Shown piece after piece: positions 1-13,229 of a stretch of DNA of 48,253 nucleotides. Numbering within the stretch: position 1 is the stretch's first letter; each line of letters begins with the position of its first letter. The notes beneath the pieces were generated by a model. That model saw only the letters and a list, made by a program, of their open reading frames with translations. It did not search any database and was not told where the DNA came from. This DNA is from Spongospora subterranea f. sp. subterranea (taxonomy: Eukaryota). The DNA is taken from contig JAUGWO010000006.1 in the NCBI GenBank assembly GCA_049724395.1, forward strand, positions 1 to 48,253. The letters run 5' to 3'. The position numbers and the translations under genes were made by a program.

Positions 1-228
1 ACATTATTCATTTCGGCCAGCACCTATCTGGGCGAGTGTTGCTTGCTAACCAAATCAAACTACCGACAAGCTCACCATAGGGAACTTGTTTCATCGCTAG
101 TACATCTTCTGACTCTGAGGGTGAAGAAAGGGAGGATAAATGAACACCAGGTTGCTGAGGAGTTGAAGTTGGATTGCAATCAAACATGTTGAACTTCATC
201 AAAAGCTGCTTAACATATTCCTCTTGGT

Positions 229-3200
229 CTAACGAAATTGACCCGGTCTTCTCATCACGATGAATTCTCGGCCGAGAAGTCTGGTTGGTACTCCGAGGTC
301 AGTGATGTCGAACTTCGAAGACAGCTGATCGATGACTTCTTGACAGAAGTTGGTGTCGTTGTGAACAAACAGGATGTCATCAACATGGACTCCGAGAGCT
401 AGAAAACTGCCATCACGACGAATTGTATAAATGCATGGATCAGCCTTAACTTTCTTAAGTCCAGCTTCTTTGGTCAAAAATTTGTCTAGTTTAGAGTTCC
501 AAACCATCCCAGCTTGTTTCAATCCATAGAGAGCTTTGTTCAATCGGCAAACTTGATGTTCTTGACCATGAACAACAAATCCTTCAGGTTGCTGCATAAA
601 AATATCTTCTTGTACGTCGCCGTTGAGAAAAGCCCCAACGATATCAATTTGTCGGATCTGTAGATTGTGTTGAGCAGCAATAGCAAGTAACACACGCATT
701 GACGCCTGATGAGCAACAGGGGCAAAGGTTTCATCGAAATCGACTCCATGTCTTTGTGAGAATCCTCGAACCACCAAACGGGCTTTAAACTTCCTGATAG
801 AGCCATCCCCAGAAAGGCTTGGTTTCACCGTTAAAACCCATTTACACGAGATAGCCTTTCGTCCGGGAGGCAAATCTTGTAAACTCCAGGTTTGAAAATC
901 TAACATCTGTTGATACTCAGCTCGAATCGCGTCATACCAATGACCAGCGTGAGGACTGCTCAGGGCTTCAGTCAAATTAGCAGGAATTGAAACTAACGAA
1001 GCGTGAATTTCGGAAATTGCGGGTCGTGGTAGTGCAACACCATCTGCTGGAAGATTCGATCGTGACAGTCCAAAAACACGTGCAGCGTTACATTTCCAAA
1101 ATTCAGTCGGAGGACCACGGATGCGATACGACCGCCGCACCGCCGGTTCAATTGAATCAACGACTTGACCAATAGGTTCTTCTCGTAAAGAATTGGCACC
1201 CTCTTCAGGGTCTGATTCGGTGAGCGATGCGTGGGAAGATGACAGCAGATCCTGTGAACTGAATGTGGCATCTGACTGAGAGTTTGAAGCGTTCTCAGAA
1301 ATGAGGTCGTCGTCAGTTTGCTCAAGTGTAGTGTCCAATGAGTTAGGTAATCTCTCTGAGGGAGGTAACGGATCAGGGTCGAGAATAACTTGGTCTGCAG
1401 TTGACTCCGGTGACCGCTTGCATTCTGATATTTGCCTCCCGAATCCAAAAGAAAAATTGTGTTCATCGAACTCGACGTCGCGACTGGTGTATTGCTTATT
1501 GTCCAAAGGGTCGAACAGTAAATACGCCTTCTGGGAATTGGCATATCCAATGAAAACAGTTTTATGTGCGCGAAAACTCGGTTTTCTTCGTGTATGATCC
1601 GGAATGCGTCGATATGCAGTGCAGCCAAAAATTCGCAGATAGTGTAGGTCTGGTTTGGATTGACGAAGTGCTTCAAATGGAGTAATTCTGTTTACGAGTG
1701 ATGAATGTGGGCGACGATTATAAATATGTGCAGCAACTGAAATAGCCCAAGAGAAGCATTCTTTTGGAAGACGAGCATGGGCGAGAAGGCTCATTGCAAT
1801 ATCGGTTAAAGTGCGGTTAAGACGTTCAGCCAGACCGTTGGACTCGGAGTCACCTGCAACGATAGTTCGATGATGGATTCCTTTTGAAGTAAGCCAATGC
1901 TGGGACTCGTTGGATATGTATTCTCCTCCATTATCCGTTTGAAACTGTTTGATTTTACAATCGAATTGTGTCGAAAACAGTGAAACAAAATCTTTCAGGG
2001 CTTCGAATTGGTCAGACTTCTTTCGAAGAGGTGTAACGAAACAGTGTCTTGTGCAGTGATCCATGTAAGTAACAAAATAGCTGAATCCACCGTAAGATGT
2101 GGTAGAGAAAGGTCCGTTGAGGTCGCTGACAATAAGGTCTCCAGGATTTTTGGAAATAGTCTGGCTTGCCACAAATGGTCGGCTTGTCATTTTTCCCAGC
2201 ACGCATGGCTCGCAGAACGATGATGTGTCTGTACCTGAAAGAGATATTCCTGAAGCGCCGGTCTTAATTAGGTGATGAACATCTTCCATGTTTGTATGAC
2301 CTAGACGGGCGTGCCAAACCTGCGGTGATGCGTGATTTCGTCGGCGTGCAAAACAAGCTTGTGGGATAGTTGGAGTACAGACAGGTTCCTGTGTGATTGT
2401 CTTTGGAATTCTATAAAGATTATCAGGATCCTTTGGAATTGAGGCTACAATCTTTCCATCTGGAGGTCGAAACCCAGCTTCATGATAAATTGTGATACGG
2501 TCGTTTGTCAGGAGAAATATATATCCTTCAGATGTAGCTTGTCCAGGTGAGTAGAGGCTTTTATTCAGGTCTGGGACATAAAGAACATTGCTCAGAATAT
2601 GATCATCATCCGCAAGTTGGATTCTTGAACGCCCAAATGCATGAACAGGGACTGTGGTTCGATCAGCAAGTTCTACCTTCACATCACCATGGGCAGGCTC
2701 TAGGTTGAATAATGCGCTTTTATCGTTCGTCATATGGTGGGAACATCCAGTGTCAACGTGCCAATGTGTTGAGTCAGTCTGACGCGAATACTGTGAATTT
2801 TCTTGCGGTTTATTCCAAATGCGAAGCTCCGGGTGTTGACTGTAACATTGTGAATCGCCGTGATTGGCTTTCGGATGGATTTTGCATTTTGCCTTTCGAG
2901 GATGAGCGAACGATGCGAAGTGAGTTTTGGGCTGAGAAACCTGCGATTCCCGATTCTGAAGGAGCTCTGTCAGCTTGGCCAAGGTCATGAATTGCTGAGA
3001 ATCGGCGCATTCCGTCGCATCAAGTGTAGCTATTATGGGATCGAACTGCGGCGGGAGTCCTTCGAGAATTTTATCAATGACATCCTGAGGAGATAGTTCA
3101 CGGCCGCAGGCCTTCAAATCCTTTGACGCGTTCTGAACTTTGGATATGTAGGATGAAATTGAGTCGGCACCCTTTTTCAAGGACCAAAAATGACGCCAAG

Positions 3201-3537
3201 CCTGAATTCGACTGCCGCGGCCGTTCCTTTCAAACTGCTCGCACAGCTGTAAGAAAACCAATCGAGCTGTCGGGAGGTCGATCACCGAACTCAAAATGTC
3301 GTCGGATAGACACAGGCAGATGATGCTCTTAGCACGTTTGGCGAGACGAATGTCTTCTGTAGATTGCAAACGGTCGATGATTTCATTTCCGGAGCTGACC
3401 GTGATGTCCTCTGTTACATAGTGCTCTAAACCGCGAGAGTCCAGCGTCATTAGCAGTTTGGCTTTCCAGAGCTGGAAGGATGCACGGTCACCATTGAAAA
3501 TGGGAACTCGGAGTCTGTCTTCGTTGAAATCGCCCAT
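229..3537 (-). CDS. Copia gag-pol polyprotein (1102 aa); frameshift near 250, RT continues in ORF 8..202
   Basis: Gag F..WKAKL and ILEGLPPQFD; protease WHVDTGCSHHMT; integrase HARLGH..CEPC, SDLNGP, TDNGGEY, NGLAERLNRTL; RT KARLVVRGFSQ, LYGLKQAG, HVDD; downstream PYGELVGSLIWLASNTRPD. Confidence 0.95.
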   Translation of the reverse strand: MGDFNEDRLRVPIFNGDRASFQLWKAKLLMTLDSRGLEHYVTEDITVSSGNEIIDRLQSTEDIRLAKRAKSIICLCLSDDILSSVIDLPTARLVFLQLCEQFERNGRGSRIQAWRHFWSLKKGADSISSYISKVQNASKDLKACGRELSPQDVIDKILEGLPPQFDPIIATLDATECADSQQFMTLAKLTELLQNRESQVSQPKTHFASFAHPRKAKCKIHPKANHGDSQCYSQHPELRIWNKPQENSQYSRQTDSTHWHVDTGCSHHMTNDKSALFNLEPAHGDVKVELADRTTVPVHAFGRSRIQLADDDHILSNVLYVPDLNKSLYSPGQATSEGYIFLLTNDRITIYHEAGFRPPDGKIVASIPKDPDNLYRIPKTITQEPVCTPTIPQACFARRRNHASPQVWHARLGHTNMEDVHHLIKTGASGISLSGTDTSSFCEPCVLGKMTSRPFVASQTISKNPGDLIVSDLNGPFSTTSYGGFSYFVTYMDHCTRHCFVTPLRKKSDQFEALKDFVSLFSTQFDCKIKQFQTDNGGEYISNESQHWLTSKGIHHRTIVAGDSESNGLAERLNRTLTDIAMSLLAHARLPKECFSWAISVAAHIYNRRPHSSLVNRITPFEALRQSKPDLHYLRIFGCTAYRRIPDHTRRKPSFRAHKTVFIGYANSQKAYLLFDPLDNKQYTSRDVEFDEHNFSFGFGRQISECKRSPESTADQVILDPDPLPPSERLPNSLDTTLEQTDDDLISENASNSQSDATFSSQDLLSSSHASLTESDPEEGANSLREEPIGQVVDSIEPAVRRSYRIRGPPTEFWKCNAARVFGLSRSNLPADGVALPRPAISEIHASLVSIPANLTEALSSPHAGHWYDAIRAEYQQMLDFQTWSLQDLPPGRKAISCKWVLTVKPSLSGDGSIRKFKARLVVRGFSQRHGVDFDETFAPVAHQASMRVLLAIAAQHNLQIRQIDIVGAFLNGDVQEDIFMQQPEGFVVHGQEHQVCRLNKALYGLKQAGMVWNSKLDKFLTKEAGLKKVKADPCIYTIRRDGSFLALGVHVDDILFVHNDTNFCQEVIDQLSSKFDITDLGVPTRLLGREFIVMRRPGQFR

Positions 3538-3561
3538 GGAGAATAGGATAAATGATAGTAG

Positions 3562-4127
3562 GATACAATGAACTGTATGTAAAGGAGAGATACACTGAAG
3601 TATATGTTGACGGAAAGAGAGACACTAAAGTGTATGTAGCGAGAGGATAGACTGAAGTGTATATAAAGAGGAGAAACACTGAAGTGTATGTAAGGGAGAG
3701 ATACACTGGAGTGTATGTAAAGGAAGGATACACTAAAGTGTATGTAGCGAGAGGATACACTGAAGTGTATATAAAAAAGGAGAAACACTGAAGTGTATGT
3801 AAGGGAGAGATACACTGGAGTGTATGTAAAGAAAGGATACACTAAAGTGTATGTATAGAGAGGATACACTGAAATGTATATAAAGAAGAGAAACACTGAA
3901 GTGTATGTAAGGGGGAGATACACTGATGTGTATGTAAAAAAAGAGATACACTGAAGTGTATGTAAAAGAAGAGATACACTGAAGTGTATGTATAGGAAAC
4001 GATACACTAAAGTGTATGTAGAGAAATGATACACTGAAGTGTATGTAAAGGAAGGATACACTAAAGTGAATGTAGAGGAAAGATACACAGAAGTGTATGT
4101 CAAGAAAGTACACCTGAGTGTATGGCC
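3562..4127. repeat. 27-bp tandem repeat, about 21 copies, core GATACACTGAAGTGTATGTA plus about 7 variable purines; 4-unit higher-order period
   Basis: Read directly; units 3-6, 7-10 and 11-14 repeat the same variant order (ctaaag, gtatata, gaaacac, ctggag or ctgatg). Confidence 0.97.
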
Positions 4128-4344
4128 AGCCAACGGAAAGTTGGGACTCTTAATCTTCTAAAGTGGTAGGACGGTAGTCGAACTGGGCTAAGGTACCCGA
4201 AATCTCTCAGACAATTTAATGCCTGGCCTTTATTAGTGGAGAAAAGCAGTGATTATTTATTGACATCTCGTCAGATATAAATACAAACTCCGTGGTGCTC
4301 AGCAGTTATGGGACCTCACTTCACCCAGGGCATCATATTGAATT

Positions 4345-5245
4345 AAATAGAACCTCGTATTTCAGCAAAAGGAACGTCATTATGCGGCAAGAAGAGGCGA
4401 AGCCGTGGCAGTCCAAAGAGCATTAAAGAAGTGGCGTTGTTTCCTGGAAGGGCAGCACTTTTTTATTGAAACGGATCACCGGCCGTTAGAGTTCTTGCGA
4501 AAGGAGAACGACGACGTTCAGCTGAACCGTATCTGGGAGGCGATGGAGGGCTTCCACTACACGTTGCGATACAAGCCGGGCGTAGAGAATACCAACGGAG
4601 ATGCGCTAAGCCGGGCGGAGGGATATACTCATGAGGCAGGGGATCCGCTGGTCAATGAAATCACGCAGGACGATAGTGAGGACGACATCATTGACGTCAG
4701 CTGGGCAATCAACAGCATTGAGTCTACCGATCGGTCTACAGTCGCATTACGCCAGCGCCAATCGGAGGATGGGACGTGGCGGCCACCATCGACGCAAAGG
4801 TGAACGGCCAACCTGAGTCGGACCACGCAAGGCGAAACTTTGTTCTGGATGAGAACGGGGTTTTGGTTCGAGTACGACCAATTCAGGACGACCGCACCGC
4901 AACATTCCAGTTTGCATACCGGTAAAGGATCGACCAGCACGGTTGAAGTCGGCTCACGACGGATTACTGAGCGCACACCTCGGAGGGCGACGGACGCTGG
5001 AAAGGCTGCAGGCAGATGCATACTGGCCCAACATGTCACGCGACGCGGCGCGATGCGTTCGCAATTGTTTGGCCTGTCAGCAAGCGAAGACGACCGTCAG
5101 CTCCAGGCAAGGGAGACGGCAGACGTTTGAGGAAGGGATGGCAAGAGAACCGTGGCAGGTCGTGCACATCGATCATGTCGTCAATCTGCCAACAACAGCG
5201 CGAGGCTATAGGCATATCTTGTCAGCGACCTGTCGATTGGGGCAC
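4345..5245 (+). pseudogene. Ty3/gypsy pol remnant (RNase H + integrase N-terminus), GC-rich
   Basis: AVQRALKKWRCFLEG..TDHRPL..YKPGVENTNGDALSR; HHCC motif AHDG..AHLG..CLACQQ; PWQVVHIDHV; frameshifts. Confidence 0.88.
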
Positions 5246-5412
5246 GCGACGATTTCGTACCGGTCAAGTCATTGTCGGCCACTGTAGTGTTTTTCCGGGC
5301 CCGAGTAGGATGGAAAAAAAAGATTGTATTAGTGACAAGAGAACGGAGATTCACGCCTCAGGTGATCCGAAAATTAGTCCGCTCTAACGCTGCGGCACTA
5401 CATTCCCCTCGT

Positions 5413-8665
<3,253 letters not shown>

Positions 8666-8707
8666 TTTAAGTCAAAGGTAGGACGGAAGTCGAACTGGGC
8701 TAAGGTA

Positions 8708-11303
8708 CAGTACCGGACAGCTTAACCTGACACACTTTGTATGGGACCCACGGGAATTTGTTTCAGAGGAACGATTATGTGGTTTTTGTTTCAACACTCT
8801 CGCTGTTATTGGTTAGATCTCGGCGAGATCAACATTCTGACAGAGTTAGATTTTTTATAAGTCAAATATTGACTGTGAAATAGAATTTCCCGTTTGTATG
8901 GTGGGCAAGGAAATTGAATTTTGTATGGGCGAAAACGAAACACCTCAATTTTTGCGTACGCATATTAGGTTTTTTGCGCGCGCACATTGTTACTGCGAAC
9001 GCAGTTTTGTTAGTGCGTTCACAAAACTAGACCCAGGTCACCCTCTTGAAAAAACAAAGGTTTTCTTGTGATTTTCACGACGACCCTGCTAACGGATCGA
9101 AACCAATTCAATCTCAGTCCTCAATTTCAATGGCTCGTAAAACTAAACGCTCAATGCAATTACACCACGCGAGAGAATGCAAAAAATTGAAGTCGTTGGC
9201 CGAACCTGAACCTGATGCTGATCATAGCGATAGTCAAGGTGATGATTTTTACTTTTCGAATGATGAGGTCTTGACTGACAAAGAAATTGATTCATCAACG
9301 ACCTCGTTTTTGAAATGGATCCCTGGAGCTGGATCACATCTTCGTAACAGTTACTCTAAGAATAGCACGACTACGTTGTGGAGAAGAAAAAAAGCCAACC
9401 AAGCGAAAATCGACTTGTCATCAAATAATCACAAGATTCTGGAGTATTTTAGTTCATGCGTTCGACAAACCACTAATGGGCAGTCGGTTTGCGATGGATT
9501 ATCGTCCGATTCTGAGTCAGAAAATGGGAAAGATGTCTCCGGACACAGTGCCCTAAAACTTCTTGAAGATCTTACAGCCTTCAACTGCTCCCAAACCATC
9601 GAAAAAAGCTTGAAGGACATTTCCAAATATGATTATCTTCGATATCATGCAATTAAGCAATATCTTACTTTGCGTCAGAACTCTATTACGATGATGCAAG
9701 CTTCGAAACAAGTTGCATCTCAGTTTTTTCCAAACAACAATGCTGATTCATATTCGCGAAAGATCAGGCGATGGGCGAGTTTTTTCCTTCGTCACCAAAA
9801 GCTACCATGTCACCGTCAAGGTTGTTTTATCAAGGTCAAATCACTTGTGATTGACGAAGATGTCGCCAAGGAATGCATGATATGGCTACGATCGCAGCGG
9901 AACGACGCTGTATCGGGATTATCATTCTCGCAATGGGTGAAAGCTGAATTGCACGTCCGTTTGAAAATGGGTAATCCTGTCACGATCTCAGAAAGAACGG
10001 CAACACGGTGGTTGAACACGCTGGGTTTGCGTTTTGGAGGATATAAGAAAGGTCTGTATAATGACGGCCATGAAAGGGAAGATGTCGTCATATATAGAGA
10101 GTCGTTTTTATCTCGAATGGACGTCTACGATCGAAGGATGGCAAAATTTGAAGGAGACGAGCTGATGAATATTGTGGAGCCAACGCTTGCACCGGGGGAG
10201 AAAAAATTAATTTTATTAACACATGATGAATCATGCTTCAGCTCTTACGACGGGAAAAAAACTATATGGATTGATGATAACCATATGCCATTACGGCCCA
10301 AGGGAGAAGGGAGGAGTGTAATGGTGTCAGAATTTTTGTGCGAGTGTCATGGGCCCCTAAAACTCGATGACGAACAGCAAGCTCAGAACCCTGGCGTTCC
10401 TATTGAATCAGTGGTAATCATAAAGCCCGGTAAAAACTCGGATGGATATACTGGACGAATGCTGATCTAGCAAAGCAGCTGGGCGATAAAGTTTTGCCAA
10501 TTTTCAGGATTCTACATCCGAATTGTCAAGCTTTGGTCCTGTTTGATAACTCGCAGAACCATCATGCCCTGCCACCCGATGCACTCAACGCAAAGGTCCT
10601 AACAGTAAAAGATGGCGGAAAGAACATCAGGTCTCAACGGAACGGATGGTTCATCCAGGAAGGCCAAAAAGTGACTCAGCCCATGCAGGATGATCAAGGC
10701 GTACAGAAAGGACTCCGAACGATTCTGACTGAACGTGGACTGTGGAATAATTCCATGTCGTTAGCTGGTGCGCGGGCATTGCTGCAGGAACAGCCCGATT
10801 TCCAAGAGCAGCGGGAGTGGTTAACGGAAATCGTGGAACAAAGTGGTGGAATCATCGACTATTATCCAAAGTTTCACTGCGAAATGAATTTTATAGAAAT
10901 GTTCTGGGCGGCGTGTAAAAGTTTCACCAGGAAGAATTGTACATATTCTTTTCGGGATCTAGTGAAGATCGTGCCGATCGCTCTTTCAAGCGTGTCGTTA
11001 ACGCAGATCCGAAGATTCGCCAGAAAGTGTTATCGATATATCGATGCGTATCGAGTGACCGGTCAAGACGGCAATAAACTATCGCCACGCCAGGTAGAAT
11101 TTGCTGTTAAGAAATACAAGCGCCATCGCAGCCTGCCAAAAAGGATGCTGGAAGACCTCCAAATTTGATACACATCAATAATTACTGTTGGTTTATCAGT
11201 TGCAGTTGCGCAATTTAATTTACCGTACGGTGTTTCTTAAATTGTGCGCGCAGTTTTCAAAAACCAAATTGAAAAGCGTGTCAAGTTAAGATGTCTGGTA
11301 CTG
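8708..11303 (+). mobile_element. Tc1/mariner-superfamily DNA transposon with 31-bp TIRs and TA TSD
   Basis: TA-cagtaccggacagcttaacctgacacacttt (8708..8738) versus aaagcgtgtcaagttaagatgtctggtactg-TA (11273..11303), 27/31 matching. Confidence 0.95.
9046..11168 (+). pseudogene. DDE transposase split by one frameshift near 10450 (ORFs 9046..10470 and 10494..11168)
   Basis: HTH-like ISERTATRWLNTLG; THDESCF; FDNSQNH; YPKFHCEMNFIEMFW. Confidence 0.92.
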
Positions 11304-11450
11304 TAGGTTGATATATGAACCATGCTTTAACTCCCCCCCTCAACCGAAACCTACATCTTTTGGCATGCAGCAAATTTTGCTTCGAAATTCTTCAAACTTC
11401 ATCCGACCTAAGGTTTGCGGAGCGTCGTCGGCAACCATGCTGTAAAAAAA
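11304..11450 (-). mobile_element. 3' end of a second copia (RNase H tail, PPT, start of 3' LTR); the LTR appears to continue at about 8666..8707 beyond the Tc1 insertion
   Basis: MVAD..LGRMKFEEFRSKI; minus-strand TTGAGGGGGGGAG polypurine tract at about 11331..11343; 8677..8707 matches 4165..4195. Confidence 0.7.
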
Positions 11451-11589
11451 AATCAGGGACGTGAGGCGACTATTGTGGCACACAACGTAATGATTAAGCA
11501 GGGTTAGAAGCGTGCTTGGCCCATAACCAGTAAAGGCTGAGAACGAAGTGAGAGGGTTTTCGAAGACGCACGAGCGTAGTTCAAGTTCT

Positions 11590-13190
11590 TTCGGAGCCAT
11601 ACTGGCATACACGTTCAAGGTCACTCACCGCCCCGGCGTCCTCAACGTTTTGCCCGATCGCCTCTCTCGCCTCTATCCGCCAGCCGACCCAGTCGCATCC
11701 CCGACACCCGACCCTTCGCTGCTCCTTTCCGACATCCCGACACCACTCCCCGAGTCGGAGCGCCGGCCGCTGGCAGAATCTCGAGAGCAATTCTACGCCT
11801 ATCAACGGTCAACAACGGAAAGGTTCAATCAGCCGACCAACTCTCTGCATTTCTGACGACAGCAACTTCACCCCCCATCCCCGCCAATCGCCAATCCGTC
11901 GCCCAAGACACCCAGCCCCCAACTTCTACTCCATCGCGTCCTCAGGGAAAGGATCCCAAGCTAAGGATGCCCGAGTCATTCAATGGCGAACGACGTGAGT
12001 TTTGCCATTGGATGGGCCAAGTTCAGCACTTTCTCATAGCTCAACCGCTAACCTATTCGACCGACAGCCACAAAATCGCCTTCTGTTCGCTATTAACAGG
12101 ACAAGCGCGCGCTTGGCTGACTCCGATGTACGGGACGAACTCTTCCACCCTCACCGATTTTCATACATTTGTCACCGCGATCACCGCCGCATTTGACGAC
12201 CCAGACCGCATGAATAAGGCGGCCGATGCCCAACGTCGGCTGGTTATGGCCAACGACCAACTTGGAAAATATTCTAATGATTTCAGGTTATTAGCACAAG
12301 ACGTTGACTGGACACAGTCGACGTTGATCCACCAGTACCGGCAAGGCCTCATTGATCTGCAGCGCATGCTGATCCTCGCCGAAGGAACTGATAATCCTTT
12401 ACAACCCTTAATCAGTTGGTGATGACGGCCAATTCGTTTCACGCGAAGATGGGGTCCTTTCGACCGTCTTCAACCACCGCCACCCCACCCTCAGCAGCGA
12501 AACGGACCTCGTGGCCCGGTCAACGAACAGGAGAAGGAACGCCGACGTCGGCTGGCATTGTGTCAGTATTGTGGTGGCTCTCACACCATCGATCACTGCC
12601 CTGCATTGACGCGAAAAGAAAAATACAATGCAGCCAATTTCTAACTATCCCGCATTTACATCGGCCTGCACATTTCCATTTGATTTACTTGCAACGACGC
12701 GTTCTTGCATTTGCAGTTCTCATCTTCTATTAAATAGCGGGCCTGTGTAAATTTGATGAATACCGCGTTCGCTTCCAAGTATCTTCTCACCGCCAAACCC
12801 ATCCATCCGATTATTAACCCTGTCGCCTATGAGTTGGACCTTCCAAAGAATTCACGTTTGCACCGGGTTTTCCATTCGTCATTGCTGGAACCATATGTCG
12901 CCAATGAGTTGCCAGGACGCGAACAACCAAATCCTCCACCTTTTGCATTGGATGATTCACAACATGTTCTATATGAAGTTGAGGACATCATCACGTCTAG
13001 GGTAGTACGTGGTCAACATCAATATTTGGTTGATTGGAAAGGTTACGATATATCCGACCGTACTTGGGAACCTTCCCTTCTCGCATCTGCCACAGTCCCT
13101 TGAAGGAGTCCATTGCAAAGTTCCATCGCACTCACCCGAATGCACCGTGCCCAAGATGGGGGATACTGTCATGAACGGTACTTGCTATGG
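11590..13190 (+). mobile_element. Chromovirus-type gypsy remnants: RNase H tail, gag with zinc knuckle, protease start joined to integrase C-terminus and chromodomain, PPT and LTR start
   Basis: HRPGVLNVLPDRLSR; PESFNGERREF; CQYCGGSHTIDHC; NPVAYELDLP..HRVFHSSLLEPY; YEVEDII..YLVDWKGY..TWEP; aagatgggggatac followed by TGTCATG at about 13153..13173. Confidence 0.88.
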
Positions 13191-13229
13191 TTCATGCCTT
13201 ATTAGATATAATTACTAAAAGACTAAAGC

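Larger units (their letters stand above)
1..4213 (-). mobile_element. Ty1/copia LTR retrotransposon (3' part runs off the window start)
   Basis: Gag-PR-IN-RT domain order in ORF 229..3537; putative short 5' LTR starting TGTC at 4213; tandem array in the leader. Confidence 0.93.

Noticed and set aside
3562..4127. CRISPR array
   Set aside because: Palindromic repeats are present, but the linkers are only about 7 nt, recur periodically, there are no cas genes and the context is eukaryotic
3450..4133. ORFs of 227, 126 and 90 aa rich in YTSVY/IHFSVS
   Set aside because: By-products of the 27-bp repeat; frames shift with unit-length variation
4165..4200. tRNA gene
   Set aside because: Only D/T-loop-like words; no cloverleaf can be built
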